Part shown: positions 63,566 to 64,000 of the stretch, one piece after another | How the letters are laid out: each line of letters begins with the position of its first letter | Position numbering within the stretch: the first letter of the stretch is position 1 | Origin: Perkinsela sp. CCAP 1560/9 | Taxonomy: Eukaryota; Protista; Euglenozoa: Kinetoplastea | Direction: 5' to 3' | DNA length: 64,000 bases | Assembly: GCA_965644495.1 (NCBI GenBank) | Contig: CBFFSA010000007.1 | Span: 62,001 to 126,000 of the forward strand | Program-made: the position numbers and the translations under genes | Notes under the pieces: generated by a model | Seen by the model: only the letters and a program-made list of their open reading frames with translations | Databases searched by the model: none | What the model was told of the DNA's origin: nothing

Positions 63566-64000
63566 ATGTCGTTCTTAGCCAGGCCTAGCCAAAAAACAGC
63601 CTCTAGACTTTGGCTACTTAGCCAAGGAGGAAGAATGCACTGCACTTCCAGACACCACGGATCGAACGCTATACTCACAATGCGAAATATGAATCGGACG
63701 AACGTCCAGTTACGCAGCGCAATCCGTTCCTGGATGCCTTTCGCATCCTCTTCTATTTCTAACATGCCACATGTTCAACAACATGTCGGCTGCGTTCCGA
63801 GTCGCTTTGCGTCCAATTTTGTACTTACTTCCCTTCCTACGTTACAGCAAACGCTCCGAATGCATTCCACGTCCAACACAGAGAACCAGAAAGCTTCTTC
63901 TGCAGAGGACTCGAAGGCAAGTTCAGAGGAAAATGAAAAGAGTCAAAAGGAGTTTGAAAATATGCACTTCATACGACGCGAGTACCTTGGCTTGCGCCAG
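63566..64000 (+). CDS. partial CDS running off the window, mitochondrial presequence-like N-terminus
   Basis: ATG 63566 opens 145 codons with no stop to the window end (MSFLARPSQKTASRLWLL...). R/S-rich and acid-free for ~100 aa. Confidence 0.6.
   Translation, partial: MSFLARPSQKTASRLWLLSQGGRMHCTSRHHGSNAILTMRNMNRTNVQLRSAIRSWMPFASSSISNMPHVQQHVGCVPSRFASNFVLTSLPTLQQTLRMHSTSNTENQKASSAEDSKASSEENEKSQKEFENMHFIRREYLGLRQ

Overview
This is eukaryotic nuclear DNA with kinetoplastid-style organisation: about 30 intron-less host genes, all on the + strand and tightly packed, consistent with one polycistronic unit. The ATP synthase delta subunit is of the euglenozoan/kinetoplastid type. The fast-evolving proteins and compact spacing suggest a Perkinsela-like prokinetoplastid, which is an inference. 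Recognisable genes include a DHHC palmitoyltransferase, RPL28, NAR1, ATP synthase delta, a PPR protein, a CTR9-like TPR protein, an MT-A70-like protein, two DEAD-box helicases, a TFIIIC tau138-like subunit, a POT transporter, an SDHAF1-like protein, an epoxide hydrolase-like protein, a 2H phosphoesterase, a DEAH helicase, NIFK/Nop15, TTC1-like, FHA-SNF2 and INO1. Five things stand out. (1) A TA-flanked Tc1/mariner element with an unusual DD29E triad and an in-frame 777-bp internal duplication that is one homopolymer base away from a double-DDE transposase. (2) A three-level nest: TIR element > TIR element with 9-bp TSD > CRE/SLACS-like retroposon 3' end, with more short 3' remnants near 2.4-2.65 kb. 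(3) Repeated sharp C-rich to G-rich skew switches written into synonymous codon positions inside genes, possibly marking origin- or promoter-like sites. (4) INO1 with a single in-frame TGA at a conserved Gly. (5) Several enzymes with altered catalytic motifs. All calls come from motif recognition by eye; no searches were run.
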